DNA of 64,000 nucleotides from assembly GCF_018977255.1 (NCBI RefSeq), contig NW_024704742.1, forward strand, positions 59,026,001 to 59,090,000, written 5' to 3'. Both the position numbers and the translations under genes were made by a program. The notes below the pieces were generated by a model. It searched no databases. It had not been told where the DNA came from and saw only the letters and a program-made list of their open reading frames with translations. Shown here piece after piece: positions 12,511 through 24,362 of the stretch. Numbering within the stretch: position 1 is the first letter of the stretch; the number at the start of each line of letters is the position of its first letter. This stretch comes from Callorhinchus milii. Its lineage: Eukaryota.

Positions 12511-13475
12511 TATATTTCCTTAAGTTTCCCTTTCTCTCTTTGGGTCCTAACAACCACCTCTTCTCACAAGTTAAAAGGCTCTTCACATCCTGCGCTGTAG
12601 CAGAATCAGGACAACTGAATCATTCTTGCGCATTCCTCTCCATTCCTGAGATTAGGAACTCAACATTTGGAGAATTGTATACAGAAACCTACATACCAGC
12701 GCACAAAGAGGCAACATCATTGTTCCTACTCTTGTGAATATTTTAATGGTCTCCAAGGTTGGGGACAAAGAAAGATTCAGTTCTTAAGTCTGAGTTTGAA
12801 TAGAGCCAGAAACACTGCACGATCAATTGCCTCAAGTTTTAATTTGTTTTGTTATAATTGATTCAGAGACTTTGTGATCTTTAACATTGCTCTATAGACC
12901 ATTATGTCACAGCCTTTCGCCCAAGCATTTACTGGAAACATTCTCGAAAACATCTCCAGGAGATGTGACAGTGTCACAGTCTGATAGTTTGCCTCTTTTC
13001 CCTCACAACCTATGGAGAAATCAACACAAAACATATTCCCTGTTCAGTAATTTCTTATCTACTCACACTAAAATTAATAGCTCCTGATATCAACAATTGG
13101 TACTAAGGTAAAAATGCTGTGCAAAGGTCATGGAATAATGAGAATAATGAGAAACAGTCATTTATTGATAAGAAATAGGACCTATGGGATCTAAAATGTG
13201 GGTTGGGCAAATACCATTTTCAAATGCATTCAGGTACCTTTAGTAATTAACCAATGAAAAGGATTACAAAATCATATGCATTTTTTTCAGGATTCAATAA
13301 CTGCATAACTAAAGGCAACTGCATGTGTTTAGCTATTATCCCAACCTGTATTGAGACAGTAAAAGATGAAGCCAGAATCTTTGACATAAAAACTAAATAA
13401 AAGCATAGACCTTAAGCAGAAGTATAATAGGACCTAGGAGTATTCCAGACAAAAGATGTACTGGTACTGAATGGG

Positions 13476-13735
13476 ATAGAGATGGTGAATATCAATTGCT
13501 CATTAAAGGACCAAGTCATGACATACGTTTTTTTTTGGTCAGCCTGGTTTCTGACACTTGAAGAAACTCATAACCATGCTTAAAAGTATCCAAACCAAGC
13601 TGACATTTCCAGGTTGGTTTGAATACTCCTATGCATGGTGATGGATTTCCTGTGTCAGACACCAGAGCTGACCCAAAAATTATATATTTCATGACTCGGT
13701 CCTTTAATGAGCAATTGACATTCACCCATCTCTAT
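13476..13735. mobile_element. ~260-bp fold-back element (MITE-like, TAGAGATG termini reminiscent of hAT)
   Basis: Left arm atagagatggtgaatatcaattgctcattaaaggaccaagtcatga is the near-perfect reverse complement of the right arm; pairing continues to the centre at ~13600-13610. Confidence 0.85.
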
Positions 13736-15399
13736 GACTAACCATCTCATCTCCATCAATGACTAACATTGATGGAGGGTGTACCAACTCGAGAATGTTT
13801 TTGATATCTCAAAAGGAAATGTTCACCACTGCCTATACATCAATCACAAAATATGAATGGCTCCACGGTCAATTATTGTGATAAATTGAATGTTCTACAG
13901 GTAGGAATAGAACAATGCATTCTTCAGAGGAGATGGTCTCTCATAACATCTTCTGTATTTATTCAGATGCTGTAAGACATGTGATTGATTGAGGCTCCAA
14001 AGTGAAGGCACTGTGGTGTGCTAAACATTTCCAGATGTGCTTCAGTGAGTTCAAAATTTAGTTTTGTATCTGGGGGGGGTGAAAGGAAGAAATCTTCATA
14101 AGTGACTGTGCCAACACATCAGGTGGGCCCTGCAGCGTAGTTCAAGTTGTCCAATACTTGATGAAGAACAAGGAAAATAGGCAAAACTCCCAGTAAGTCT
14201 GCCAGAAAAAAGAGAGCTCAATCAATACAGCCTGAAAAAAGTATATATTTTTAGATTCATACCAATTTCAGTCATTTTTTTTGCTTCTCTTTTAGTGCCC
14301 CCAGCTACCACTATTTGCAAGCATTAAAATTGAACAAAGCTTAATTTTGTTTCACTATCGAGATAACAATCTCAATGTTATTATTCAACCACTTACCAAA
14401 GAGGCACAAAATATTCTAGATTTATGCTTCAGCCTCTTCATCCACCCTGTCTTTGCATCTCATTGAAGAAAAGAAGTACTTTCATTTTCTTTTCTGTGAA
14501 TTTAAAGGCTGCATCTTGTTTATTTATATTTTGCACACACTTCAGACCTGCTTCAATCAGGCCTTGTTAGTATTCACAATTTAACCATGAAATTGGAGTG
14601 GAAAATTGCACGAGGTATCTAAGGTTCCCAGGAACACCTGAAATGAATGTATCCATCAAACACTGAGCCATCTGAGCCCAATCACTCTGGCCATTTTCAG
14701 AGCCTGAGTTCAAAATAACCATGATGTGAGAAAACTAATATTGGTGGCAGTATTTTGTACATTGGTCTGGAAGTGATGTTAATTAAAGAGGTGCTCCAAA
14801 GCAAACTATACTGTTGTTATGCTGTAAGTTAAGCCTTCCACTGGATACCAGACGCGTTTTGCTGCAGTAAGAGAAGTTGACTTAGGTTGTTCTCAGCCTA
14901 TTGTTTACATACCTGGATATGTGAGGTCAAATGTAATAATGCACTTGAAATTGCACATGAAAAAGTGATTGCCTCCTTAAAGAGTCAGGGCACCTCGCCA
15001 CAAGCCATTCAACAGAATATTAAAGATTTAAATTGAAAAAATAAACCATGCAGAAATCGCTTCCATATGCCTAAATCCTATTCTTATGGGTTGAACAATG
15101 AGCAATTCAACTGGAGATATGGTTAACCAGGTGACTTCAATATACAACTGTTTGTTGAACTCCTACTTCTCGACTCAACGTACAAGAGACAATTTCTGAA
15201 TGGAAATACCACTCCAGGTTATCTCACAGCTTGCGATCATCACATGCATCGTTCTACAAAAAGCTGTCAGGAAATTTGATGCATCTTTCCAACATGAAAG
15301 GCATTATAAAAATATAAGTTGTGTTGTATTAAGATATATATTTATCAAGCCAAGATTGCTTTCTATGATCAGAGCACACCATCACTTGCCTTGTTAAAA

Positions 15400-16160
15400 T
15401 AATAGAACAAACTTTACAATTGAACAGTGTCTTTCACATCAGGACGATGTCTCAAAGCACTTCCCAGGATATACTGTAAAGTATATTGACTATGTATTTT
15501 GTAGGAGAAGACAGCAGCCAGTTTGCACAAAGCAATGTCCCACACGCAGCTATGAAGTGAATAATGCATTTGAAATTGGGGTAATTGTTGGCCAGGATAT
15601 CAGGAGATAATCTCTTCTCTTTCCGAATAGTGCCATGATATCTTTAACATCTACCTGAATAGTTTCATCCAAAGAACGGCACGTTCGACAATACAGCGCT
15701 CCCATGCATGGGAATGGAGTGTCAACCAAGATTACAATCAAAATAATCCTCACATTGGTACAATGCCTTATCATGTTGGAAGGACATCTCAAAGTGCTTC
15801 ATGGGAATTATTGCGAAATGGAGTGACTGTGTATCTGTACATAAATGCAGCAGTACAATTGCATTCAGCAATGTCCCACAAACAGCCTTTAAATGAGTGA
15901 TCAATTCGATTTGGGAAATTGTTGGCCAGAGCATCGGGAGAAATTTTCTTCCCTTTACAAGTAGTGCCATGGGATCTGAACAGACAGACGGGACCTCGGT
16001 TTGATGGCTCATCCAAAGGATGACGCCTCTGACATTTCAACACCCAACCCTACATTTGAATGTCAGCTTAGACTATGTAAGTTCAATTCATGATGAGGGA
16101 TTTGAACCCACAACCTTCTGCCTTAAAGGGAGAAATGCTACGATTGAGTCAAGCCGACAC
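15400..16160 (-). mobile_element. Two tandem Deu-domain SINEs (~15400-15730 and ~15740-16160)
   Basis: Two successive tail-core units, each with 'tagtgccatg(g/a)'; tRNA head at ~16095-16160. Confidence 0.8.
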
Positions 16161-16309
16161 ACTATAAGTTCAAAATTATAGTAGGGAGTTTGAATCCACA
16201 ACCTCAGCCAAGAATGATACCAACTGAGTCACATAAAAGTGTGAAGTATATAAATATTCTGACTCAGGGTTAAAAACTGCTGAGTTTAACAAAACTGATC
16301 ATTAGTTCT

Positions 16310-16670
16310 GTGGAGTCCTGTAGCTCGATGGTTAGAGCGCTTGCCTCACAAGCTGGAGACCTGTGTTTGATTTTCAGCAGGGTGAAATGTTGGGCAGGTT
16401 TCCTGATTCCACACCCTTCTGTTTACCTAGCAGTAAGTAGGAACCCAGATGTTAGTCGATTGGTGGCTCACTTTTCTGGGGGTAATAATTCCTTCTCAAA
16501 AAATTAATAAATTAGTCGCTTAATCCATGACTGTTTGTAGGACACCGCTGTGCGCAATTGGCCTGCTGCATTTCGCCTACAAAATATAGTCAATTCACTT
16601 GACCGTATATTCTGTGAAGTGCTTTGGGATGTCTCGAAGACGTGATAAAGCTTTATATCAAATGCATTAT
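16310..16670 (+). mobile_element. tRNA-derived SINE, full length, long subfamily
   Basis: GTGGAGTCCTGTAGCTC head through 'tatatcaaatgcattatt' tail. Confidence 0.92.
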
Positions 16671-17162
16671 TAAAGGGGCAGTATAGTCGTGATAAAGTGT
16701 TTCCTGCCATGCACCGGTATCCACATGTACATGAAAGTGCAAGGAATTTGGCAGTCAAATGAGTTGAGATCATTACAATGCAAAATGGCTTTTGATACCA
16801 TATGCTGTGTAGTGAAAATGAGATGTGTTATATGATAATTCTCACATCATAATTAAAGATTTCTTAAGGCATTATTGGTCAAATTGCGCACTGCATTTTC
16901 ACTTTTTTAAGCAACAACAACAACAAGATTACATTTGTATAAACAATAGAATCAATAAAAAGTAGGACAAAAATAATCAATACTTATCTCCTGTTGCTGG
17001 CCTGAAATCTACCCTTAACCTGAAAGGTTATTTTCGTTTACATCAGAAGGTTAAGGTTATATTTAAAATTATAATAATAATTATAATTCTTAGCATCTTT
17101 CGCATCTCAAAACGCTTCATACGATTTACTGTAAAGTGTAATGACTTTGTATTTTGTACCCC

Positions 17163-17262
17163 ACAACTGACGAAAGGTCATTGCCCTGAAACGTGAACTT
17201 ACTTTCCTCTCTCCATAGATGCTGTCTGACCTGCTGAGTGTTTCCGGCAACTTCTGTTTTTA
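17163..17262 (+). mobile_element. Penelope-like terminal fragment with degenerate hammerhead core
   Basis: ctgacga-a-aggtc-att-gccct-gaaacgtgaact followed by 'gatgctgtctgacctgctgagt'. Confidence 0.75.
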
Positions 17263-17438
17263 AACAAATCATCTTGCTTGCTTCAAAACAATGAAGACTA
17301 CAAAGCTATTGATTAAATACCAGCGTATGCTGAGTTATCTCAGCTGAGCTGCCACATAATAGAGATAATACATTTGACCACAGGTGGCAAACAGCCATCT
17401 ATAAGATTGATGAATCACCTTCTACGCATGGCCATGAG

Positions 17439-18552
17439 AACAACAACAACAAAACTACATTTATAGTGCACCTGTCGCATCGGGAGGACCTCCCAAGGCG
17501 CTGGACAGTCAGGTGCCGGGGCCCAAGCATGAGGGAGGGATGGGGTAGAGGTGAGGGAAGGCAGAGAGGTGGGAGGGTGACCAAAGGAATGATCGAAGAG
17601 GAGGGTCTTAAGACTGGCCTTGAAGGATGCAAGGGAAGAAGCGAGGCGAAGAGATTGTGGGATGGAGTTCCAGAGTGTTGGAGAAGAGAGGCTAAAAGCC
17701 CGGCCACCGATGGTAGGGCGGGTCGGGTGGGAGATATGGAGAAGGCCGGAGCCCGCTGAATGGAGGGAGCGGGCAGGTTGGAGGGAGTCAGCAGATCAGA
17801 GAGATAGGAGGGGGCAAGACCATGGATGGCCTTGAAAGCAAGGACGAGGATCTTGAATTTGATCCTCTGGGGGATGGGGAGCCAGTGGAGTCGGGCGAGG
17901 GTGGGAGTGATGGAGTCACAGAGCCTAGTGCCCGAGCACACGAGCTGCAGAGTTTTGGATGATCTGCAGCTTGTGAAGGAAGAGTTGGGGAGGCCGATAA
18001 GGAGGGAATTTCCGTAATCGAGCCTTGAGGTGACGAATGTGTGGGTGAGGGTTTCGGCAGCCTGAGGGGTGAGGCAGTGGGAGAGTCTGGCAATGATGCG
18101 GAGGTGGTGGTAGGCAGTGCCGGTCATGGCGCGGATGTGGGGGAGAAAGGACAGTTCAGGGTCGAACAAGACACCCAGGTTCCTGACTCGCTTAGTGAGG
18201 TTGAGTGTGCAGCCGTGGAGACTGATGCTGCCAGCGCCCGGGGTGCGGAGGCGATGGCGTGAGCCAATCAGGAGGGCCTCGGTCTTGCTGACGTTGAGTT
18301 GGAGAAAGTTATCCCTCATCCAGGACTTGATGTCGGACAGGCAGTCGGTCAGGACGCCAGTGATCCTGGGGTTGAGGGTGGAGGCAGAGAGGTAGAGTTG
18401 GGTGTCATCCGCATACATGTGGAAATTTACCCCATGTCTGTGGATGATGTCACCAAGGGGGAGCATGTAGAGGGTGAAGAGGAGGGGACCGAGGAAAGAG
18501 CCCTGAGGAACGCTGCACGAGATGGTGCGGGGGCTGGAGGAAAAGCCGTGAG
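17439..18552 (-). mobile_element. 5'-truncated L2 LINE (RT C-terminal half plus 3' UTR)
   Basis: ORF 17399-18649 contains [32 protein letters not shown]; (GTT)n tail; possible TSD gcc(a/g)tgag. Confidence 0.95.
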
Positions 18553-19569
18553 CTGAATGAATAATGAAGAAAGGGAGAAAAAAAACAATTGAAAAGGAAG
18601 GTGGGAAAACAAAGCCTCTCAAGGCTCGAAAAAGACATAAAAATCCCAAATGCTAACATTTGGTAAATCTTATGAAGTATTTACCCTTTCTGTAACCATC
18701 AGTGGTCTACGTTTGCAAAGAAATTGTGAGAATAGAGGAGCGAGCAAGAATATTAAAATGTAGCTCCCTGCTCTGAATTGCTCTACCACTCAAATTTATT
18801 TGTAATGCATCCAGATGTACAAACCACAGTCAGTACTGCAGTACAAGAAATGTTTTTGGCTTGGTTCGTAAGTCATACATATTCAAGACACATGTCTTTA
18901 ACACTCAATAACTCTGATCAGAAAATCAGAAGTTCAGCTTTATCCTGCCACAAATCAATGTCAGACTAGCTGACTGGTTCACTGATAAGATATTTTGATG
19001 TGTAAAAATACTGTACGGGCTGAATGTACAATATCTGATACTAAATAGTGAATCAAATTAATTGACATAAATATAACTTGATCGATGAAGAAACCATAAT
19101 TGCTTTGCACATGTCCTACTATAGTAAGTAAACGGAAACAGTTGCTTGAAAATTGATTTATGTTCATTTATACACCAGAGGTTTTCATTGATTTCTTGTT
19201 TTTCTGTTTGTGATACTTGTGCGGGTAAACTTCAGTCCAATTGGCATCTACATTCTCAGTTATTCTATTCTTAATCTTTAAATTGTCCATTTGCAGGTCG
19301 TTAGAAAGAGAAACATTCTACAGCAGGCAACCAAACTACTGGTCACAAGGTCTAGGGACTCACAATAGTCTTCAAATTTAAGTATTAGGTCAATCCAGGC
19401 ATTTCGGTAGTATTTTCACAGCTCCCTACTGACTGAAACCTCAAGACGACAAGGTCGCTCAATGTTTCTGCTTTGAAAGAATAAAATAGACCTTGCAGAC
19501 AATAGGATCTATATATCTATAATATTAATAAAATACAACAATAATCAAATTCAAGGATTCTAACTGTCC

Positions 19570-20150
19570 ACCTGATGGTTGTAGATTTAAGGCCCATGTT
19601 GGGACATGAGCTCATGAACTGATTAGAGCGGACAATACAGTGATGTACAGCGGGAGCGTTGCTTTTTTGAAGGTGAATTGCAAATGTTAAACCAAAATCC
19701 TACCTGCCTATTCTCTGATGGATGTAAGTGATCCTCCGGTGCTATTCGAATTAAGAAAGACTCCAGGCAAACCTGGCCAACAGATCTTTATAATAAATGG
19801 TCATTCACCTCATGGCTGTTTGTGAAACCCTGCTGGCAAAAAATAGTTGCCAAATATTTACAACATCAACAATTCATGTTGGAGGATATCTCAAAGCACT
19901 TCATCAAGCTGACTAGGAGCCCAAGCTGTAGGAGGTGGGTGCTGAGGAGGAGGGTGGGGCTAGGAAAAGATGATCAAAAGGTAATAAAAAAGTTAGTGGG
20001 CTTTAAAGATGGCAAGGGAAGGTAAAAGGACTCTGATGGCGTTCCAATGAGCAGGTGCAGAATGGCTGAAAGCTCACCCACCAATGGTGGGGCAGATTAG
20101 GAGGGGAACGTGATGAAGATCAGTGTTAGTTGAGTGAAGGGAGTGGTTAG
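19570..20150. mobile_element. Old Deu SINE (+) followed by an L2 3' fragment (-)
   Basis: Degenerate Deu core at 19640-19860; purine-rich L2 antisense sequence at 19880-20150. Confidence 0.6.
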
Positions 20151-20173
20151 TTGTTAATATTAGTTGTTAATAT

Positions 20174-20491
20174 GTGGAGTCCTGTAGCTCAGTGGTTAGA
20201 GCACTCGCTTTGCAAGCGAGAGACCTGAGTTCAATTCCAGGCAGGGCAAAACCTTGGGCAAGTTTCCTTACTCCACACGCCTGATAATAATCCCTCCAAA
20301 ACAAAAAAACAATAATAAATTGGTCATTTTCAACCCACGACTGTTTGTGGGACATTGCTGTGCACAATTGGCTGCCGCGTTCGGCCACAAATATAGTCAA
20401 TTCACTTTACAGTGTGTTCTGTGAAGCACTTTGGGACGTCCTCCCGACGTGAAAAGCGCTATATCAAATGCAAGAATTATTATTATTATTA
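20174..20491 (+). mobile_element. Young tRNA-Ala(TGC)-headed SINE, short subfamily
   Basis: Intact A box TAGCTCAGTGG and B box GAGTTCAATTCC; L2-like tail and (ATT)n. Confidence 0.95.
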
Positions 20492-20496
20492 TATAG

Positions 20497-20812
20497 GTGT
20501 CAGTCTAGTTTAGCTAAAAGCACTCTTGCCACTGAGTCAGAAGGTTGTTAGTTCAGGCCCCATGTCGGGAATCTGAATACAGTCTGTGTTGACACTCCAG
20601 TGTAATGCTGGGGTTGGACTACATTGTCGAAGATGCCATTTTTCAGATGAGTTGTTAAACCAAGGTCTCACCTGCGTGTTCAAGTTGGTGTTAATGATCC
20701 AATTCACTGTTTGAAAAGGGGAGTTTCTTTCAGTGTCCTGGCCAATAAAACCACAGATAAAATTGATCATTCACTTTATGTCTGTTTGTGGGACATTGCT
20801 CTGTGCAAATTT
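20497..20812 (+). mobile_element. Deu-domain SINE
   Basis: tRNA-like head 'gagtcagaaggttgttagttcaggcccc' and Deu core. Confidence 0.8.
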
Positions 20813-21109
20813 TCAAATTTGACAGGTAAATAAAGACAGACTATCTCTATTCATCATCAATTCAATAATAAGCAGGCATAAATAAAGGAAAGACAACTCT
20901 TTAAACAATGAAAATACAAAATCCTTGATCAAGTTAAGTCACGTGGGTCCTGCAGATTAAAAGATATATTAATTTGTATCTACCTTTGCGCCAAATGTCT
21001 TAAAAGTCTTTAAAGCTGAGTGTGTAGCTGAATTTTAAAATTATTCCATTCCTCAGAAAGTTTATCTGAAAGTTTTTAAAATTAACTAGTAATTAAATAC
21101 GGAACAGAT

Positions 21110-21348
21110 AGATAGAAATTTCACCTGGTTCTAGAATTTCTCTATTAATTTAGCATTTCAAAGTTTGCAAAATTTGTCAAATTCTTAAAATAGTCTTTAA
21201 TTTTAAAGCAAAGTTCCTTTAAGTTTCTTTTAAGAACAGCAGAAAACAAGCTTCCAAGTTAAAGCTGTATTGAACAATTTGTCAAATTCTGCACATTCTG
21301 AAATGTTATGTTAAGTAAGTAAACCTAGATCCAGGTGGAATTTTACCC
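21110..21348. mobile_element. Degenerate MITE-like palindromic element, family shared with 57794-58006
   Basis: 'gaaatttcacctggttctag' versus 'ctagatccaggtggaatttt' terminal inverted repeats, extending ~70 bp inward. Confidence 0.7.
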
Positions 21349-21380
21349 AGATTCACTTGGATGATATTGGGTATCAGACA

Positions 21381-21667
21381 ATAATAATAATAATAATAAT
21401 CCTTGCATTTAATGTAGTGCTTTTCACGTCGGGAGGACGACCCAAAGCGCTTCACAGAACACACTGTAAAGTGAATTGACTGTATATTTGTGGGCGAACA
21501 CGGCAGCCAATTGCGCACAGCAATGTCCCACAAACAGTCGTAGATTGAAAATGACCAATTTGTTATTGTTTTTCATTTCGGAGGGATTATTATTAGGCGT
21601 GTGGAGTAAGGAAACTTGCCCAAGGTTTCGCCCTGCCTGGAATTGAACTCAGGTCTCTCGCTTGCAA
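21381..21667 (-). mobile_element. Young tRNA SINE, short subfamily, head truncated in the anticodon loop
   Basis: Near-identical reverse complement of 20210-20491. Confidence 0.95.
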
Positions 21668-21784
21668 TACATGGAAGAAGAGAGGATAGCTATAGTACAT
21701 ATTGTTCCATTGAAGCAGATGGGTTACATTATAATACACTAAAATGTACATTTATATAACACCTTTCACATCAAGAGAACATCT

Positions 21785-21885
21785 CAAACAAAAACAGAGA
21801 GAGCTGGAAAACTCAGCAGGTCAGGCAGCATCTATGGAGAAAGGTAAAGTGAGTCAATGTTTCGGGTCCACGACCCTTCTGACAG
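21785..21885 (-). mobile_element. Penelope-like terminal fragment with truncated hammerhead
   Basis: 'actcagcaggtcaggcagcatctatggag...gtttcgggtccacgacccttct'. Confidence 0.8.
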
Positions 21886-22204
21886 TTTGATACAAACCTG
21901 GTTATGTGCAGAATTCATTACTTGTGACACATGGGCTGTAGTTACAGTTGATGCTACATGGAGCATCTTTGGTAATATGCGATTATAACAGTAAAATTCC
22001 ATTCATGGTATCATAGAGATTTACAGGCCAGGGGAAGAGCATTCAGCCCCTCAAGGCTGCTCTTTCTATCCTGCCTGATCTGCATATCTGCAAGCCTCTC
22101 TACTTTATATACCTGTCTACTATTCTCTTGAAGCCCACAATGGACTCTGTCTTCACTACGTTACTTGCCTGGGCATTCTATATCTTAATAAGTCTTTGAG
22201 TGAA

Positions 22205-23370
22205 AGAGCAGATCAGGCTGGTAGCTGTACGCTGGACCGGGGTCTCATGGACCCTGAGGTGGGGCGGGTGTCTTGGGGCCGGAGTCTTGGGGATCGAGCG
22301 GCGGCCATCATCTGGCCAGGGGAGCCGCCATTTTGGACTCTCAGATTTTTCCGCCCTTCTGCGTGACGTCACTTCTGCCCACCAGGTTTGAATCCCTGGT
22401 AGCAGGTATAGTATAGTTTATGCCAGTGTCTCCCTCTTTCCTATCATCTGTCTGTCTCCCTCGCCTGTGCTTCCCCTGTAGGCTGCTCGTTGCTAACCAC
22501 AATGAATGCCCTCCCCACTCTGCGCCACCTCTATCCCCCACAGCCTCCTGCAGACTGACAATGTCCCACTAATCCGCCGCCTCTCGTCCAAGAGTGAGCA
22601 TCTTGGCTGCCGCCCTTGACCCGAGCTGGCTCTCCCTCAAAGCGCGCCCCCTCCCTGCAACTCTCCAGCTGTCCTGCTCTCTCTCCTCCCTCCCACTTCA
22701 TATCTCTGCTTGACACCCCCACCACTGCTTCTCTCTGCTCCAGCCTGGGAATCCTTTGCCGGGCTCATTGTGGCACTCAGCGTTGGCTGTCCAGCAGCAG
22801 CCGCACCAACTGCCCCAGTCTTCAGTCCCCTCCTCTTCACCCTCTACATGCTCTCCCTTGGTGCCATCAGACATGGGGTAAATTTCCACATGCATGCGGA
22901 TGACACCCAACTCTATCTCTCTGCCTCCATCCTCAACTCCAGGACTACTAGCATCCTGACTGACTGCCTGTCCGACATCATGTCCTGGACGAGAGACGAC
23001 TTTCCCCAACTGAACATCAGCAAGACCGAGGCCCTACTGATTGGCTCGCGCCAGCGCCTCCGCACCTTGGGCGCTGGCAGCATCAACTTCCACGGCTGCA
23101 CACTCAACCTCACTAAGCCAGTTAGGAACCCGGGTGTCTTGTTTGACTCTGAACTGTGCTTTCTCCCTCACATCTGTGCCATGACCGGCACTGCCTACCA
23201 CCACTTCCACATCATTGCCAGACTCTGCCACTGCCTCACCCCTCAGGCTGCCGAAACCCTGACCCATGCATTTGTCACCTCAAGGCTCGATTATGGAAAT
23301 TCCCTCCTCATCGGCCTTCCCAACTCTTCCCTTCACAAGCTGCAGATCATCCAAAACTCTGCAGCTCGGG
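22205..23370 (+). mobile_element. L2 LINE RT segment (~22817-23370) fused to a GC-rich putative 5' leader (internally deleted element)
   Basis: ORF 22710-23375 has [23 protein letters not shown]; CpG-rich leader upstream carries YY1/CRE/GC-box motifs. Confidence 0.85.
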
Positions 23371-23691
23371 TATAGGATATAAGATTGGATTGATACTGTG
23401 CATTATGCTTAGAGCATAGATATTTGTGTATTCATTACAAATTAAAAGTGTTGAATCACCTCATACACCTCCATTAATCATCTACTCTGCATATCAAGAC
23501 GATGCATTGATTCCATGGTACCGCTATGTTCAGATAACACATTCAGTGCTCGGGTATGCGTATAAATACCAAGCGGTACTTTTTATACCGTGTAGTTGAT
23601 CTGCGTGAAAATCTTTTATGTTGAGATGATGGTATTTTTCCAATACTTTATATCGACTTGTCCGCTCTCTCTGCTCAGCAGGCTCTGGCAT

Positions 23692-24063
23692 GTGGAGTCC
23701 TGTAGCTCAGTGGTTAGAGCACTCACCTCGCAAGTGAGAGACGTGGGCTCGATTCCCAGCAGAGCGAAATGTTGGGCAAGTTTTCTTACTCCACACGTCT
23801 CTGTTTACCTAGCAATAAGTAGGAATCCGGTTGTTGGCGGATTGCTTTTCTGGGGGTAATAATTCCTTCAAAAAATAATAATAATAAAAAAATCAATTGG
23901 TCACTCAATTCACGACTGTTTATGGGACACTGCTGTGTACAATTGGTTGCCGCATTTCGTCCACAAAATATAGTCAATTTAATTTACAGTATATTCTGTG
24001 AAGCCCTTTGAAACATCTTGAAGTCGTGATGAGGCGCTATATCAAATGCAAGGATTATTATTA
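23692..24063 (+). mobile_element. Full-length tRNA SINE (long subfamily) inserted into an L2 3' fragment
   Basis: Head to tail present; L2 sequence on both sides (23659-23690 and 24066-24362). Confidence 0.92.
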
Positions 24064-24065
24064 AT

Positions 24066-24362
24066 TTGTCCCCCACTTAGCCTGCCCCACCATCGGCAGT
24101 CGGGCCTTCAGCCTCTCTACCCTGATCCTTTGGAACTCCATCCCACAGTCCCTTTACCTCGCTTCCTAACTTGCCTCTTTCAAGGCCCATCTCGACTCTC
24201 CTCTTCAACCGTGCCTTCGGTCACCCTCTTACCTCTACCCGCCCTGCCCTCCACCCCTCCTGATCCCATCCCCTTGGTCGGGTCCAAATGCCTAACTGTC
24301 CAGGGTCTTGGGATGTTCTCCTGACATGAAAGCCACCATATAAATGCAATTTGGTGGTGTTG
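24066..24362 (+). mobile_element. L2 3' end
   Basis: 'ccaccatcggcagtcgggccttcagcc' and tail 'ataaatgcaatttggtggtgttg'. Confidence 0.85.

Noticed and set aside
17399..18649. 416-aa ORF as a host gene
   Set aside because: It is a truncated L2 ORF2 RT with a frameshifted C-terminus and a non-ATG start in flanking DNA
20174..20250. Genuine tRNA-Ala genes
   Set aside because: Each head continues into a SINE body and tail; no separate terminator; dispersed and divergent copies
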